The notes beneath the pieces are model-generated. The model was not told the DNA's origin, did not search any database, and saw only the letters and a list, made by a program, of their open reading frames with translations. A DNA stretch of 64,000 nucleotides from Nannocystis bainbridge (GTDB taxonomy: Bacteria; Myxococcota_A; Polyangia; Nannocystales; Nannocystaceae). Positions within the stretch are counted from its first letter, which is position 1. Each line of letters opens with the position of its first letter. This document shows, piece after piece, positions 18,645 through 27,026 of this stretch. The stretch spans positions 1,664,001 through 1,728,000 of the forward strand of contig NZ_JAQNDL010000003.1 of NCBI RefSeq assembly GCF_028368995.1, written 5' to 3'. Both the position numbers and the translations under genes were made by a program.

Positions 18645-20783
18645 TCAACCGTTGGGGGCCTGTTCGGACGGAGTGGGCGCCGTCGGCGACGTCGGCGCGG
18701 TGACGGAGGGCGCGCTCGGCGAGGCCGGCGAACCGGCGGCGCCGGGCAGGGCCGCGCCGCCGCTGTTGAGCTTGAGCAGGACGCCCTCGATGCTGACGCC
18801 GGCGCTGTCGATGGTGACGAAGCCGCCCGGGCCCTGCAGGGTGATCCCGGTGGTCGCCTTCAAGATGAGCGTCATGCCCTCGACCACCACCGTGCCGGTC
18901 GCCTTGGTGCTGGCGTCGCCGGTGACGCTGACGTTGCTGTCGCCGAGGCTGCTGAGGCTGTGCGCGCCCATGACCGAGATCCGCTGCGCGCCGCCGATCT
19001 TGAGGTCGAGGCCGCCGCCGATGCCGAGCGTCGTCTGCCCGCTGACGTCGACGTCGACCGTCGCGCCGAAGCTGGCGCTGGCCGCCCCGCCGACCTTGGT
19101 GTGGGCCACGCCGACGACCTCGGTGTGGGCCGCCCCGCCGATCTTCGTCATCGCGTCGGCGCCGACGGTGCGGTGCTCGTCCTTGCCGACCTGCGCCTTG
19201 CGATCGTTGAGGACCTTGTGGTGCTCGTCGTGGCCGACGGTCTCGCGGCGGTCGTTGCGGACCGTGAGGTCCATGTCGCGCTGGGCGTGCACGAACACCT
19301 GCTCGTCGCCCTTGGCGTCCTCGAAGCGCAGCTCGTTGAAGCCGCCGCCGGTGTAGGTCTCGCTCTTGATCGTGCTCTTGGTCTTCTCGTCGGGCAGCGG
19401 GTACGGCGTGGCGTTGTTGCCGTGGTACACGCGCCCGGTGACGATCGGCCGGTCGGGGTCGCCCTCGATGAAGTCGACGATCACCTCGTGGCCAACGCGC
19501 GGGATGAACATCGCCCCGTAGCCGTTACCGGCCCACGCCTGGCTGACGCGCACCCAGCACGACGACTTTTCGTCGCTCTTGCCCTCGCGGTCCCAGTGGA
19601 ACTGGACCTTCACGCGCCCGTGCTCGTCGACGTGCACCTCTTCGCCGGCCGGACCGACCACGGTCGCGGTCTGCACCCCGCGCACCTGCGGCCGCGGCGT
19701 GGCCCGCGGGGCCCGGTACGGCACGCTGCTGGGGATGCAGGTGAACTCGCCGCGGTAGACCAGCTCCTGCTCGGCGGTGTGGTCGATCGTGCTCGGCTGC
19801 TCGCCGAAGTGATTCACGCGCAGCACCCGGTACTCGCCGTCGAGCTCGACGCGCGGGTGGTCGGCCAGCTTGAACCCGAAGCCCGGGGTCAGGCGCGGCG
19901 AGTCGGTGGTGCCGCGACCGACCCGCTTCACCGCCTGGGCCGCCTCGAGCTCCGACTTCGCCAGCCGCTTGCCGAGCCCCGCGTCCTGGAACTCGCCCGG
20001 GAAGTCGTAGAGCTCGAACGTCGGCTTGGCGCCGGCGTGCTCGGCCTCGAGCAGGCGGTCCGGCTGGTGCAGGTTGAAGTCGCGCAGCGTCACGTGGTCG
20101 GGCCGGATCTCCTCGCTCATGCGGAACAGCCCGACGTGCTCCTTGTCGCGGACCATGTCGTCGATGCGGAACGGCAGCGTCGGCTCGCCCACGATCAACG
20201 GCGCCCCGCCGGCACGGTCGCTGATCACCATCACGTGGCGCTTCGCCGCGTGGTCGAAGTAATAGACGATGCCCTCCTCCTCCATCAGTCGGCTGATGAA
20301 CTGGAGGTCCGTCTCGCGGTACTGCACGCAGTAGTCGCGCGGCGCGTAGCTCCCGGTCAGCTCGAACTGCTGGCGGCGGCGGCTGATGCCGGCCCCGTCG
20401 AGCACCTTGCGCAGGATGTCCGGCGTCGACATCTGCTGGAAGATCCGCGAATTGGTGCGAAACAGCAGCGTATAAAGCTGCGGCACCAGCGTGATGCGGT
20501 ACATCGCCCGCGGCCGCATCTCGCCGGTGTACTCGGCGCGCAGGATGATCCCGTGGACCAGCCGCGGCTCGCCGACGCCGACCACCTTGAGCAGCGCGCT
20601 GCGTCCGACCAGCTCGCCGACCTCGATGTGGCGGGCGACGACGTCGAGGTGGAACTCGTACAGCGCCGAGATGCCCTCGCTGCCGCTGAAGCGCACGACC
20701 CAGAAGTTGTCGCTGAGCCCCTCGATCTCGAACGTACACGAGCGATCAGCTTGACGTGCGACCAGCAGCAGCTCCGACTCCAT
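18645..20783 (-). CDS. vgrG: Type VI secretion spike protein VgrG
   Basis: YCVQYRETDLQFISRLMEEEG, GVQTATVVG, GRVKVQFHWDR, PRVGHEVIVDF, NELRFED; gp5-like repeats at C-terminus. Confidence 0.95.
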   Translation of the reverse strand: MESELLLVARQADRSCTFEIEGLSDNFWVVRFSGSEGISALYEFHLDVVARHIEVGELVGRSALLKVVGVGEPRLVHGIILRAEYTGEMRPRAMYRITLVPQLYTLLFRTNSRIFQQMSTPDILRKVLDGAGISRRRQQFELTGSYAPRDYCVQYRETDLQFISRLMEEEGIVYYFDHAAKRHVMVISDRAGGAPLIVGEPTLPFRIDDMVRDKEHVGLFRMSEEIRPDHVTLRDFNLHQPDRLLEAEHAGAKPTFELYDFPGEFQDAGLGKRLAKSELEAAQAVKRVGRGTTDSPRLTPGFGFKLADHPRVELDGEYRVLRVNHFGEQPSTIDHTAEQELVYRGEFTCIPSSVPYRAPRATPRPQVRGVQTATVVGPAGEEVHVDEHGRVKVQFHWDREGKSDEKSSCWVRVSQAWAGNGYGAMFIPRVGHEVIVDFIEGDPDRPIVTGRVYHGNNATPYPLPDEKTKSTIKSETYTGGGFNELRFEDAKGDEQVFVHAQRDMDLTVRNDRRETVGHDEHHKVLNDRKAQVGKDEHRTVGADAMTKIGGAAHTEVVGVAHTKVGGAASASFGATVDVDVSGQTTLGIGGGLDLKIGGAQRISVMGAHSLSSLGDSNVSVTGDASTKATGTVVVEGMTLILKATTGITLQGPGGFVTIDSAGVSIEGVLLKLNSGGAALPGAAGSPASPSAPSVTAPTSPTAPTPSEQAPNG

Positions 20784-20915
20784 CGCCGACCCTCCAGCTC
20801 GGCTCTTATCACGCGGCTGCGCGCCGGTGCAAACAGAACGGGCCGTGCGGGCTGTTCCGCGCGCCGCCGGGCGAAGCCGCGCCCGCGCCCGCGCGCGATC
20901 GACTGGCCTGCATTT

Positions 20916-20951
20916 CACATGTCTCATGGGACATGACCTTCGAGACATGAA
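20916..20951. repeat. 14-bp-period palindromic array upstream of vgrG
   Basis: CATG at 20918, 20932, 20946. Confidence 0.85.
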
Positions 20952-21138
20952 GAGGTCGCGTCCGCCGCGCTCGCGCCCGCGAACGCCCGTCCCGGCCGCG
21001 CTCCGCCGGGCGTGCGCGGTCGCGGCACGGCCGCGCCCGGATGCGCTAACCTGCCCCGGCCGCACGGGATCGGCCCGCATCGGTCTTTGTGTAATTCCCT
21101 GACCCCGGACGACGCGCATGACATCGCCTCGAAGCCGC

Positions 21139-21240
21139 ATGCTGCCGGACAATCCGATCCTCCACGACGCCGACCGCGAGCAGCACGAAGACCTGGGCAT
21201 CCGGGCGGCCCTGCACGAGGCCAGGACCGCGGCGACATGA
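21139..21240 (+). CDS. 33-aa ORF coupled to downstream gene (possible remnant)
   Basis: MLPDNPILHDADREQHEDLGIRAALHEARTAAT*; ATGA overlap with the gene at 21237. Confidence 0.3.
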   Translation: MLPDNPILHDADREQHEDLGIRAALHEARTAAT

Positions 21241-22493
21241 GCGGTGACGAGCTGGAGCGCCTCAGCCAGGCGATCGCCCTCGCCGACGGCTTCCAGCTGC
21301 TGGTGCTCGAGTGCCACGACCTCGACGCGTGGGACCTTCACCGCCTGTTCGACGCGGTCCAGACCCGCGTCGCCGCGTTGCGTGGAGTGCCGCCGCTGGT
21401 GCTGGTCTATGACCCGCACGTGACCACGCGCGAGTCTGGCAGCCTGCGCGACGAGGCGTGGGTCGAAGGTGTCCTCGAGGCCATCCTGCGCGTGCCGGCG
21501 ACCGACACGGAGGAGGCCTCTGTGGTCGCGGTGATCGACGGCACCGGATTCGACGAGGCCGATGCGGACAGCCGCGAGCTACTCAGCTGGGAGTTCCTGT
21601 TTCATCGCATGAACGAGCGCCGCAATGCGGTCAGCCGCACCCTGCGCGGGACGCTGGCGCTGGCGCTGCCGCCCGCGCTGGTGCGCGTGTTCCTCGAGGA
21701 GGCGCCGGACGTGGCTTCGATCCGCAGCGACATGATCGGCCTGAATCCGTCACACGTACCAGCTTCACCCGGCCGCCCGCAGCTGACGCGCCGCATGGGC
21801 TACGCGCCCGAGCTGCTGCGCGAGGCGGCGCTGCGCCGCCTCGCCGCCGATCCGCGGCTCGAGCCGTCGGCGCGGGACAACGCCCGCCGCGCGCTCGCGC
21901 CGGCCTCGCAGCACGAAGAATCACCCCCGGCCGCGCATGATCCTGCGAGGCAGGCGCTGCTCGAGCTGCTGCTGTCGCTCTTCTCCGTCGACGAGCTGCA
22001 CCGCATCACCGTCTATCAGTTCGGGACGGAGCTTGGCGCGCAGCTGCCCATGCAAGCGCCGGCCGCGAGCGTCGCCTTGGCGCTGATCACCAGCCTCGAG
22101 CGACGCGGGCTGCTCGACGACAACTTCTTCGCGCTGCTCCGCCGCGAGCGTCCGCGCCGCACGCCGGAGATCGATCGGGTCCAGCAGCTCCACGGCGGGC
22201 CGTCAGCGCGCCCGCTCGTTACCTCGTCGTGGCGCTGGACGCCGTCGCCCGAGGAGCTGCACCTCGCGCTGCTCGAGCTGCCGCGCGCGCAGGTCCACCA
22301 GGCCGTGCAGCTCGCGGAGGACGAACGCGTCAGCGCGCCGCTGACCCGCAGCGGCGCCGCGCACGCCAGGAGCGTGCAGCGGGCCCGCATGTCGGTGCGC
22401 GACATCGTCAACCAGGCCGCAAACCAGGGCCCGGACGCGCTGCAGCGCCTCGCCGACGCGCTGGTGACTCTCGGCTACCAGCCGCGCGCCTGA
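21237..22493 (+). CDS. Hypothetical protein with inactive NTPase-like region and effector-associated (EAD-like) helical domain
   Basis: MNERRN...LALALP...EEAPDVASIRS, and LLELLLSLFSVDELHRI...LITSLERRGLLDDNFFALLRRERPRR. Confidence 0.55.
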   Translation: MSGDELERLSQAIALADGFQLLVLECHDLDAWDLHRLFDAVQTRVAALRGVPPLVLVYDPHVTTRESGSLRDEAWVEGVLEAILRVPATDTEEASVVAVIDGTGFDEADADSRELLSWEFLFHRMNERRNAVSRTLRGTLALALPPALVRVFLEEAPDVASIRSDMIGLNPSHVPASPGRPQLTRRMGYAPELLREAALRRLAADPRLEPSARDNARRALAPASQHEESPPAAHDPARQALLELLLSLFSVDELHRITVYQFGTELGAQLPMQAPAASVALALITSLERRGLLDDNFFALLRRERPRRTPEIDRVQQLHGGPSARPLVTSSWRWTPSPEELHLALLELPRAQVHQAVQLAEDERVSAPLTRSGAAHARSVQRARMSVRDIVNQAANQGPDALQRLADALVTLGYQPRA

Positions 22494-22555
22494 GGTCCCG
22501 GCACGCACCTGCGGGCCTCGCAACGCACCCTGGTGGTTGTGCCATCATCGCCGAC

Positions 22556-24391
22556 GTGCGCCCCGCCCCGCTGCTCGCCGTGGCCGCGTTCGCCGGCGCG
22601 GCCGCGGTCGCCTCGATCTCCGGCCGCCTCGGCGATCATCACGAGCGCCGACGCAGCCACGCGGAGCTCACGCGACACACGCCCGCGATCGGTCGCAGCG
22701 GCTACGTCGGCTCGGACGCGTGCGCCCCGTGTCACCCGGCCGCGCACGCCAGCTGGGCGGCCACCTATCACCGCACCATGACCCAGCGCGCCGGCCCGGA
22801 CAGCGTGCTCGCCCCGTTCGACGGCCGCGACCTCGACGGCCCCGGCGGCCCGCACCGCCCGCTGCGCCGCGGCGACGAGTTCTGGGCCGAGCTGCCCGAC
22901 CCCGAGCACAAGCTCGCGCGCGCCGCCGAAGGCTTGCCTCTGGGACATGTCCCGAAGGTCATGCGCCGCATCGTCATGACCACCGGCTCGCACCACATGC
23001 AGGTCTACTGGGTCGAGAGCCCGCGCGACCGCCGGCTGCACGCCTTCCCCTCGGCGTGGCTGACCGACGAGCAGAAGTGGGTCCCGGTCGAGAGCACCCT
23101 GCTGCGGCCGCCACAGGGCGACGTCGTCTACACCTGGAACCGCGCCTGCGTGCCGTGCCACGCCGTCGCCGGCCAGCCGCGCATCGACGACGCCCGCGTC
23201 GACACCCGCGTCGCCGAGCTCGGGATCGCCTGCGAATCGTGCCACGGCCCCGGTCGCGCCCACGTCGAAGCCCGCCGCAGCCCGCTGGCCCGCTACGCCA
23301 TGCACCTGTCCCCGGGGCCAGATCCATCGATCGTCCAGCCGGCCCGCCTCGACCACCGCCGCAGCGCCGAGCTGTGCGGCCAGTGCCACGGCGTGGCCCG
23401 CTTCCCCGACGAGGCCACCTGGCTGGCCCGCGGCGACGCCTATCGCCCCGGCGAGCCGCTCGCGCCGCACCGTCAGTTGGTCCGCCACCCGGTGCGCGAG
23501 GCCCAGCCGTGGCTCGACGCCGTGCTCGACGAGGACCCCGAGTACCTCGCCGGTCGCATGTGGTCCGACGGCCACGTGCGCGTGACCGGCCGCGAGTACA
23601 CCGGCCTGCTCGAGACCCCGTGCTTCCAGCGCGGCGAGCTGTCGTGCCTGTCGTGCCATCAGTTGCACGGGTCCGATCCCGACGACCAGCTGCGCGCGGC
23701 GGCGACCGGCGACGGCGCCTGTACTTCGTGCCATGTCCTTCCGGACATCCAGGCCCACACCCGTCACCCGGCCGGCAGCGTCTCGTGCTACGACTGCCAC
23801 ATGCCGCGGACCTCCTACGGCCTGCTGGGGGCAGTCCGCAGCCACGTGATCGACAGCCCCGATCTCGCCGTCACCCTCGCCACCGGCCGCCCCGACGCCT
23901 GCAGCCTGTGCCACGTCGATCGCCCGCTGGCGTGGACCGCCGGCCACCTGCGCGGCTGGTACGGCCACCCCGAGCCCGAGCTCGCGGGCCATCAGCGGAC
24001 CGTCGCCGCGGCTGTCCTTTGGGCCATCTCGGGCGACGCCGGCCAGCGGGCTCTGGCCGCCGACGCGCTCGGCCGCGGCGACATCGTCGGCCCCGACTGG
24101 CGCGCGCCGATCCTCGCGCACCTGCTGGCCGACCCCTACGACGCGGTGCGGCAGATCGCCGCCCGCGGGCTGCGAAGGCTGCCGAGCGCCGCCGGCCTCG
24201 AGGTCGACGGGCTCGCGCCCGCGGAGGTGCGCGAGACCACCGCGGCCGAGCTGCTCATCCGCTGGCGCGCGGCCCCGCGGCCTGGCCCCGACCCCGCGCG
24301 GCTCGTCGATCCCGCCGGCGATCACGATCTCGCGACCCTGCAGGCGCTGGCCGCCCACCGCGACGAGCGCCCGATCGACCTGAAGGAGTAG
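22556..24391 (+). CDS. Octaheme cytochrome c with C-terminal HEAT-like region
   Basis: Eight CxxCH motifs (CAPCH, CVPCH, CESCH, CGQCH, CLSCH, CTSCH, CYDCH, CSLCH); N-terminal hydrophobic anchor. Confidence 0.9.
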   Translation: MRPAPLLAVAAFAGAAAVASISGRLGDHHERRRSHAELTRHTPAIGRSGYVGSDACAPCHPAAHASWAATYHRTMTQRAGPDSVLAPFDGRDLDGPGGPHRPLRRGDEFWAELPDPEHKLARAAEGLPLGHVPKVMRRIVMTTGSHHMQVYWVESPRDRRLHAFPSAWLTDEQKWVPVESTLLRPPQGDVVYTWNRACVPCHAVAGQPRIDDARVDTRVAELGIACESCHGPGRAHVEARRSPLARYAMHLSPGPDPSIVQPARLDHRRSAELCGQCHGVARFPDEATWLARGDAYRPGEPLAPHRQLVRHPVREAQPWLDAVLDEDPEYLAGRMWSDGHVRVTGREYTGLLETPCFQRGELSCLSCHQLHGSDPDDQLRAAATGDGACTSCHVLPDIQAHTRHPAGSVSCYDCHMPRTSYGLLGAVRSHVIDSPDLAVTLATGRPDACSLCHVDRPLAWTAGHLRGWYGHPEPELAGHQRTVAAAVLWAISGDAGQRALAADALGRGDIVGPDWRAPILAHLLADPYDAVRQIAARGLRRLPSAAGLEVDGLAPAEVRETTAAELLIRWRAAPRPGPDPARLVDPAGDHDLATLQALAAHRDERPIDLKE

Positions 24392-24579
24392 CCGATGCCG
24401 CCCCCCTGCCGTGAACTCGACTGCCCCGCTCGCGGTGCCTATCTCCGACCGCAGCGCGGTGACGCTCGAACGCCGATTCCGAGGAGCACCAAGCCTGCTC
24501 GCTCACCGCGAACTCGCGAGCCCGTGACGAAGCTCGACCGCGCCGCCGGTGACCCGTTCGCTCGCGCGAGATATCACCG

Positions 24580-25035
24580 ATGATCGCTGCCGACCCCGCC
24601 CCCGCGGACCGCTACGCCGCCCGCCACCTGCGGAGCGGCTGGCTGTGCCTGCTGGTGTTCCTCGCCGCCGGCCTCGCGCTCGAGTCGCTGCACGGCCTCA
24701 AGGTCGCGGCCTACCTCGACCTCGACCAGGCGGTGCGGCGGCACATGTGGACGCTCGCCCACGCTCACGGCGCCCTGCTCGGGCTGGTCCACCTCGGGCT
24801 CGCCGCCACCGCCCGCGCTCACCCGTCTCTTGCGACATGTTCTCATGGACATGTCGCATCGGTCAGCCTCGACCTCGCCAGCCTGCTGCTGCCGCTCGGC
24901 TTCTTCCTCGGCGGCCTGTGGCACTACGCCGGCGACCCCGGCCTCGGCGTCCTGCTGGTCCCGGTGGGCGGCGCGCTGCTGGTGCTCGCCGCCCTGCAGG
25001 TGTTGCTGGGCCTGCGCCCCGCCCCGGAGGCGTGA
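24580..25035 (+). CDS. Small 4-TM membrane protein
   Basis: Hydrophobic helices; WTLAHAHGALLGL. Confidence 0.75.
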   Translation: MIAADPAPADRYAARHLRSGWLCLLVFLAAGLALESLHGLKVAAYLDLDQAVRRHMWTLAHAHGALLGLVHLGLAATARAHPSLATCSHGHVASVSLDLASLLLPLGFFLGGLWHYAGDPGLGVLLVPVGGALLVLAALQVLLGLRPAPEA

Positions 25036-25062
25036 GCGCGCGCGGCGTGCTATCGTGCGTGG

Positions 25063-25641
25063 GTGTCGACCGCCCGCAAGCTCGCTACCTACGACGACCT
25101 CCTCGCCGACCCGAGCGAGGCCAAGACCGAGATCTTCGACGGGGAGATCCACGTCCAGCCGAGCCCCCTGGCCGGCCACGGTCGGGCGCAGCTCGCCCTC
25201 GGGCGATTCATCGGCGGGCCCTTCGACGGTGACCGGCGCGGGCCCGGCGGGTGGTGGATCCTGGCCGAGATGGACGTCCGCTTCGACGTCCACAACGTCG
25301 TCCGTCCGGATGTGGTCGGCTGGCGCCGGTCCCGACTGCCGGATCCATGGAACTCTCGACCGATCGACGTCGTGCCCGACTGGATCTGCGAGGTCCTCTC
25401 GCCCTCCACCGCCAAGATCGACCGCGTGCGCAAGCGGCAGCTCTACGCCCGCCATGGCGTCCCGCACTACTGGCTCGTCGACCCGATCGACCGCGTGCTC
25501 GAGGCCTTCGTCCTCGACGGCGCCGAGTGGCGGCTCGCCGGCACCTACGACGACACCGACATCGCCCGCATCCCTCCGTTCGAGGCCATCGAGATCCCGC
25601 TCGAAGAGCTATTCCCGCCCCTGCCGCCGCCGCCCGCTTGA
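25063..25641 (+). CDS. Uma2/DUF820 family endonuclease-like protein
   Basis: EIFDGEI, VRPDVVGW, PDWICEVLSPST, YARHGVPHYWLVDP. Confidence 0.95.
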   Translation: MSTARKLATYDDLLADPSEAKTEIFDGEIHVQPSPLAGHGRAQLALGRFIGGPFDGDRRGPGGWWILAEMDVRFDVHNVVRPDVVGWRRSRLPDPWNSRPIDVVPDWICEVLSPSTAKIDRVRKRQLYARHGVPHYWLVDPIDRVLEAFVLDGAEWRLAGTYDDTDIARIPPFEAIEIPLEELFPPLPPPPA

Positions 25642-25674
25642 CCTGCGCCGCCGCGGCTCGGTTATCCTCCGCGC

Positions 25675-26886
25675 GTGACCTTCCCGCTCGACCACGTCCG
25701 CTCGCAGTTCCCCGGCCTCGCTTGCGACGAGGTCTTCCTCGACAACGCTGGCGGCTCGCAGATCCTCGGCGGCGTCATCGACGGCATCGGCGCCTACCTG
25801 CGCGACTGCAACGTCCAGCACGGCGCCACCTACGGCGCCTCGCAGCGGGCCGTCGCCCAGGTCACCGCCGGCAAGGAGGCGCTCGCCTCCCTGTTCGGCG
25901 GCGGACCGGGCACCGTCGTGTTCGGCCCCTCGACCACGCAGATCATCTTCAACATCGCCGTCGCGCTCGGGCCCTCGCTGCGGCCGGGTGACGAGATCGT
26001 CGTCACCGAGGCCGACCACGAGGCCAACGTCGGCGCCTGGCGGCGCGTCGCCGCCCAGCGGGGCGCCGAGGTCAAGGTGTGGCCCCTCGATCGCGCCCGT
26101 CAGACCCTCGAGCTGGCCGACCTCGCCCCGCTGCTCGGCCCACGCACGCGGCTCGTGTGCATGACCCACTGCTCCAACATCCTCGGCACCATCTTCGACG
26201 TGCGCGCCGCCGCCGAGCTGGTGCATCGGGCCGGCGCCCGGCTGTTCGTCGACGGCGTGGCCTACGCCCCGCACGGCCCGATCGACGTCGCCGCGCTCGG
26301 CGTCGACGGCTACGTCTTCAGCGTCTACAAGGTCTACGGCCCGCACCTCGCCGCTGCCTGGCTCGCGCCCGAGCTGTTCGCCGAGCTCGCCAACATCAAC
26401 CACGACTTCTACGACTGCGGCCCGTACCGCCTGCAGCCCGGCGGCGTCAATTACGAGCTCGTCGCGGCCAGCGCGGCGATCGCCCGCTACCTCGACGATC
26501 TCGGCGAGCGCCTCGGCCCCGGCCCCGACCCGCGCGGGCGCGCCTGGGCCGCCATCGCCGCCCACGAGGCCGACCTCGCCGAGCACTTGCTCGGGTTCCT
26601 CGGGACATGTCCCAAAGTCCATGTCGTCGGGGACATCCGCCCTGGCCGGGCCGTGCGCGTGCCGACCATCAGCTTCGTGGTCGACGGCGTGCCCTCGCCG
26701 ACCATCCCGGCGCAGGTCGATCCGCACGGCGTCGGCGTCCGCTTCGGCGATTTCTGCTCGCGCCCCCTGGTCGACGCGCTCGGCCTGCGCCCCCACGGCG
26801 GGGTCGTGCGCGTCTCGCTGGTCCACTACAACAGCCACGCCGAGGTCGAGCGGCTGATCGCCGCCCTGCGCCCGATCGTCGCCTGA
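25675..26886 (+). CDS. Cysteine desulfurase-like class V aminotransferase
   Basis: FLDNAGGSQ, DHEANV, SVYKVYGPH (PLP lysine), VRVSLVHYN. Confidence 0.9.
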   Translation: MTFPLDHVRSQFPGLACDEVFLDNAGGSQILGGVIDGIGAYLRDCNVQHGATYGASQRAVAQVTAGKEALASLFGGGPGTVVFGPSTTQIIFNIAVALGPSLRPGDEIVVTEADHEANVGAWRRVAAQRGAEVKVWPLDRARQTLELADLAPLLGPRTRLVCMTHCSNILGTIFDVRAAAELVHRAGARLFVDGVAYAPHGPIDVAALGVDGYVFSVYKVYGPHLAAAWLAPELFAELANINHDFYDCGPYRLQPGGVNYELVAASAAIARYLDDLGERLGPGPDPRGRAWAAIAAHEADLAEHLLGFLGTCPKVHVVGDIRPGRAVRVPTISFVVDGVPSPTIPAQVDPHGVGVRFGDFCSRPLVDALGLRPHGGVVRVSLVHYNSHAEVERLIAALRPIVA

Positions 26887-27026
26887 ACGGCCCGTCCTGG
26901 AGGCGGGTCGCCGCTCGCGCCGCGGCCCGTCGCCGCCTGCCGGGCGATCCGTCACCGCCCGTGAGCACGGTTCCCTCCGCGTCGCTCTCTTGGCGCTGCG
27001 GCGCGCTCGGCCTAAGCTGTCCCGAC

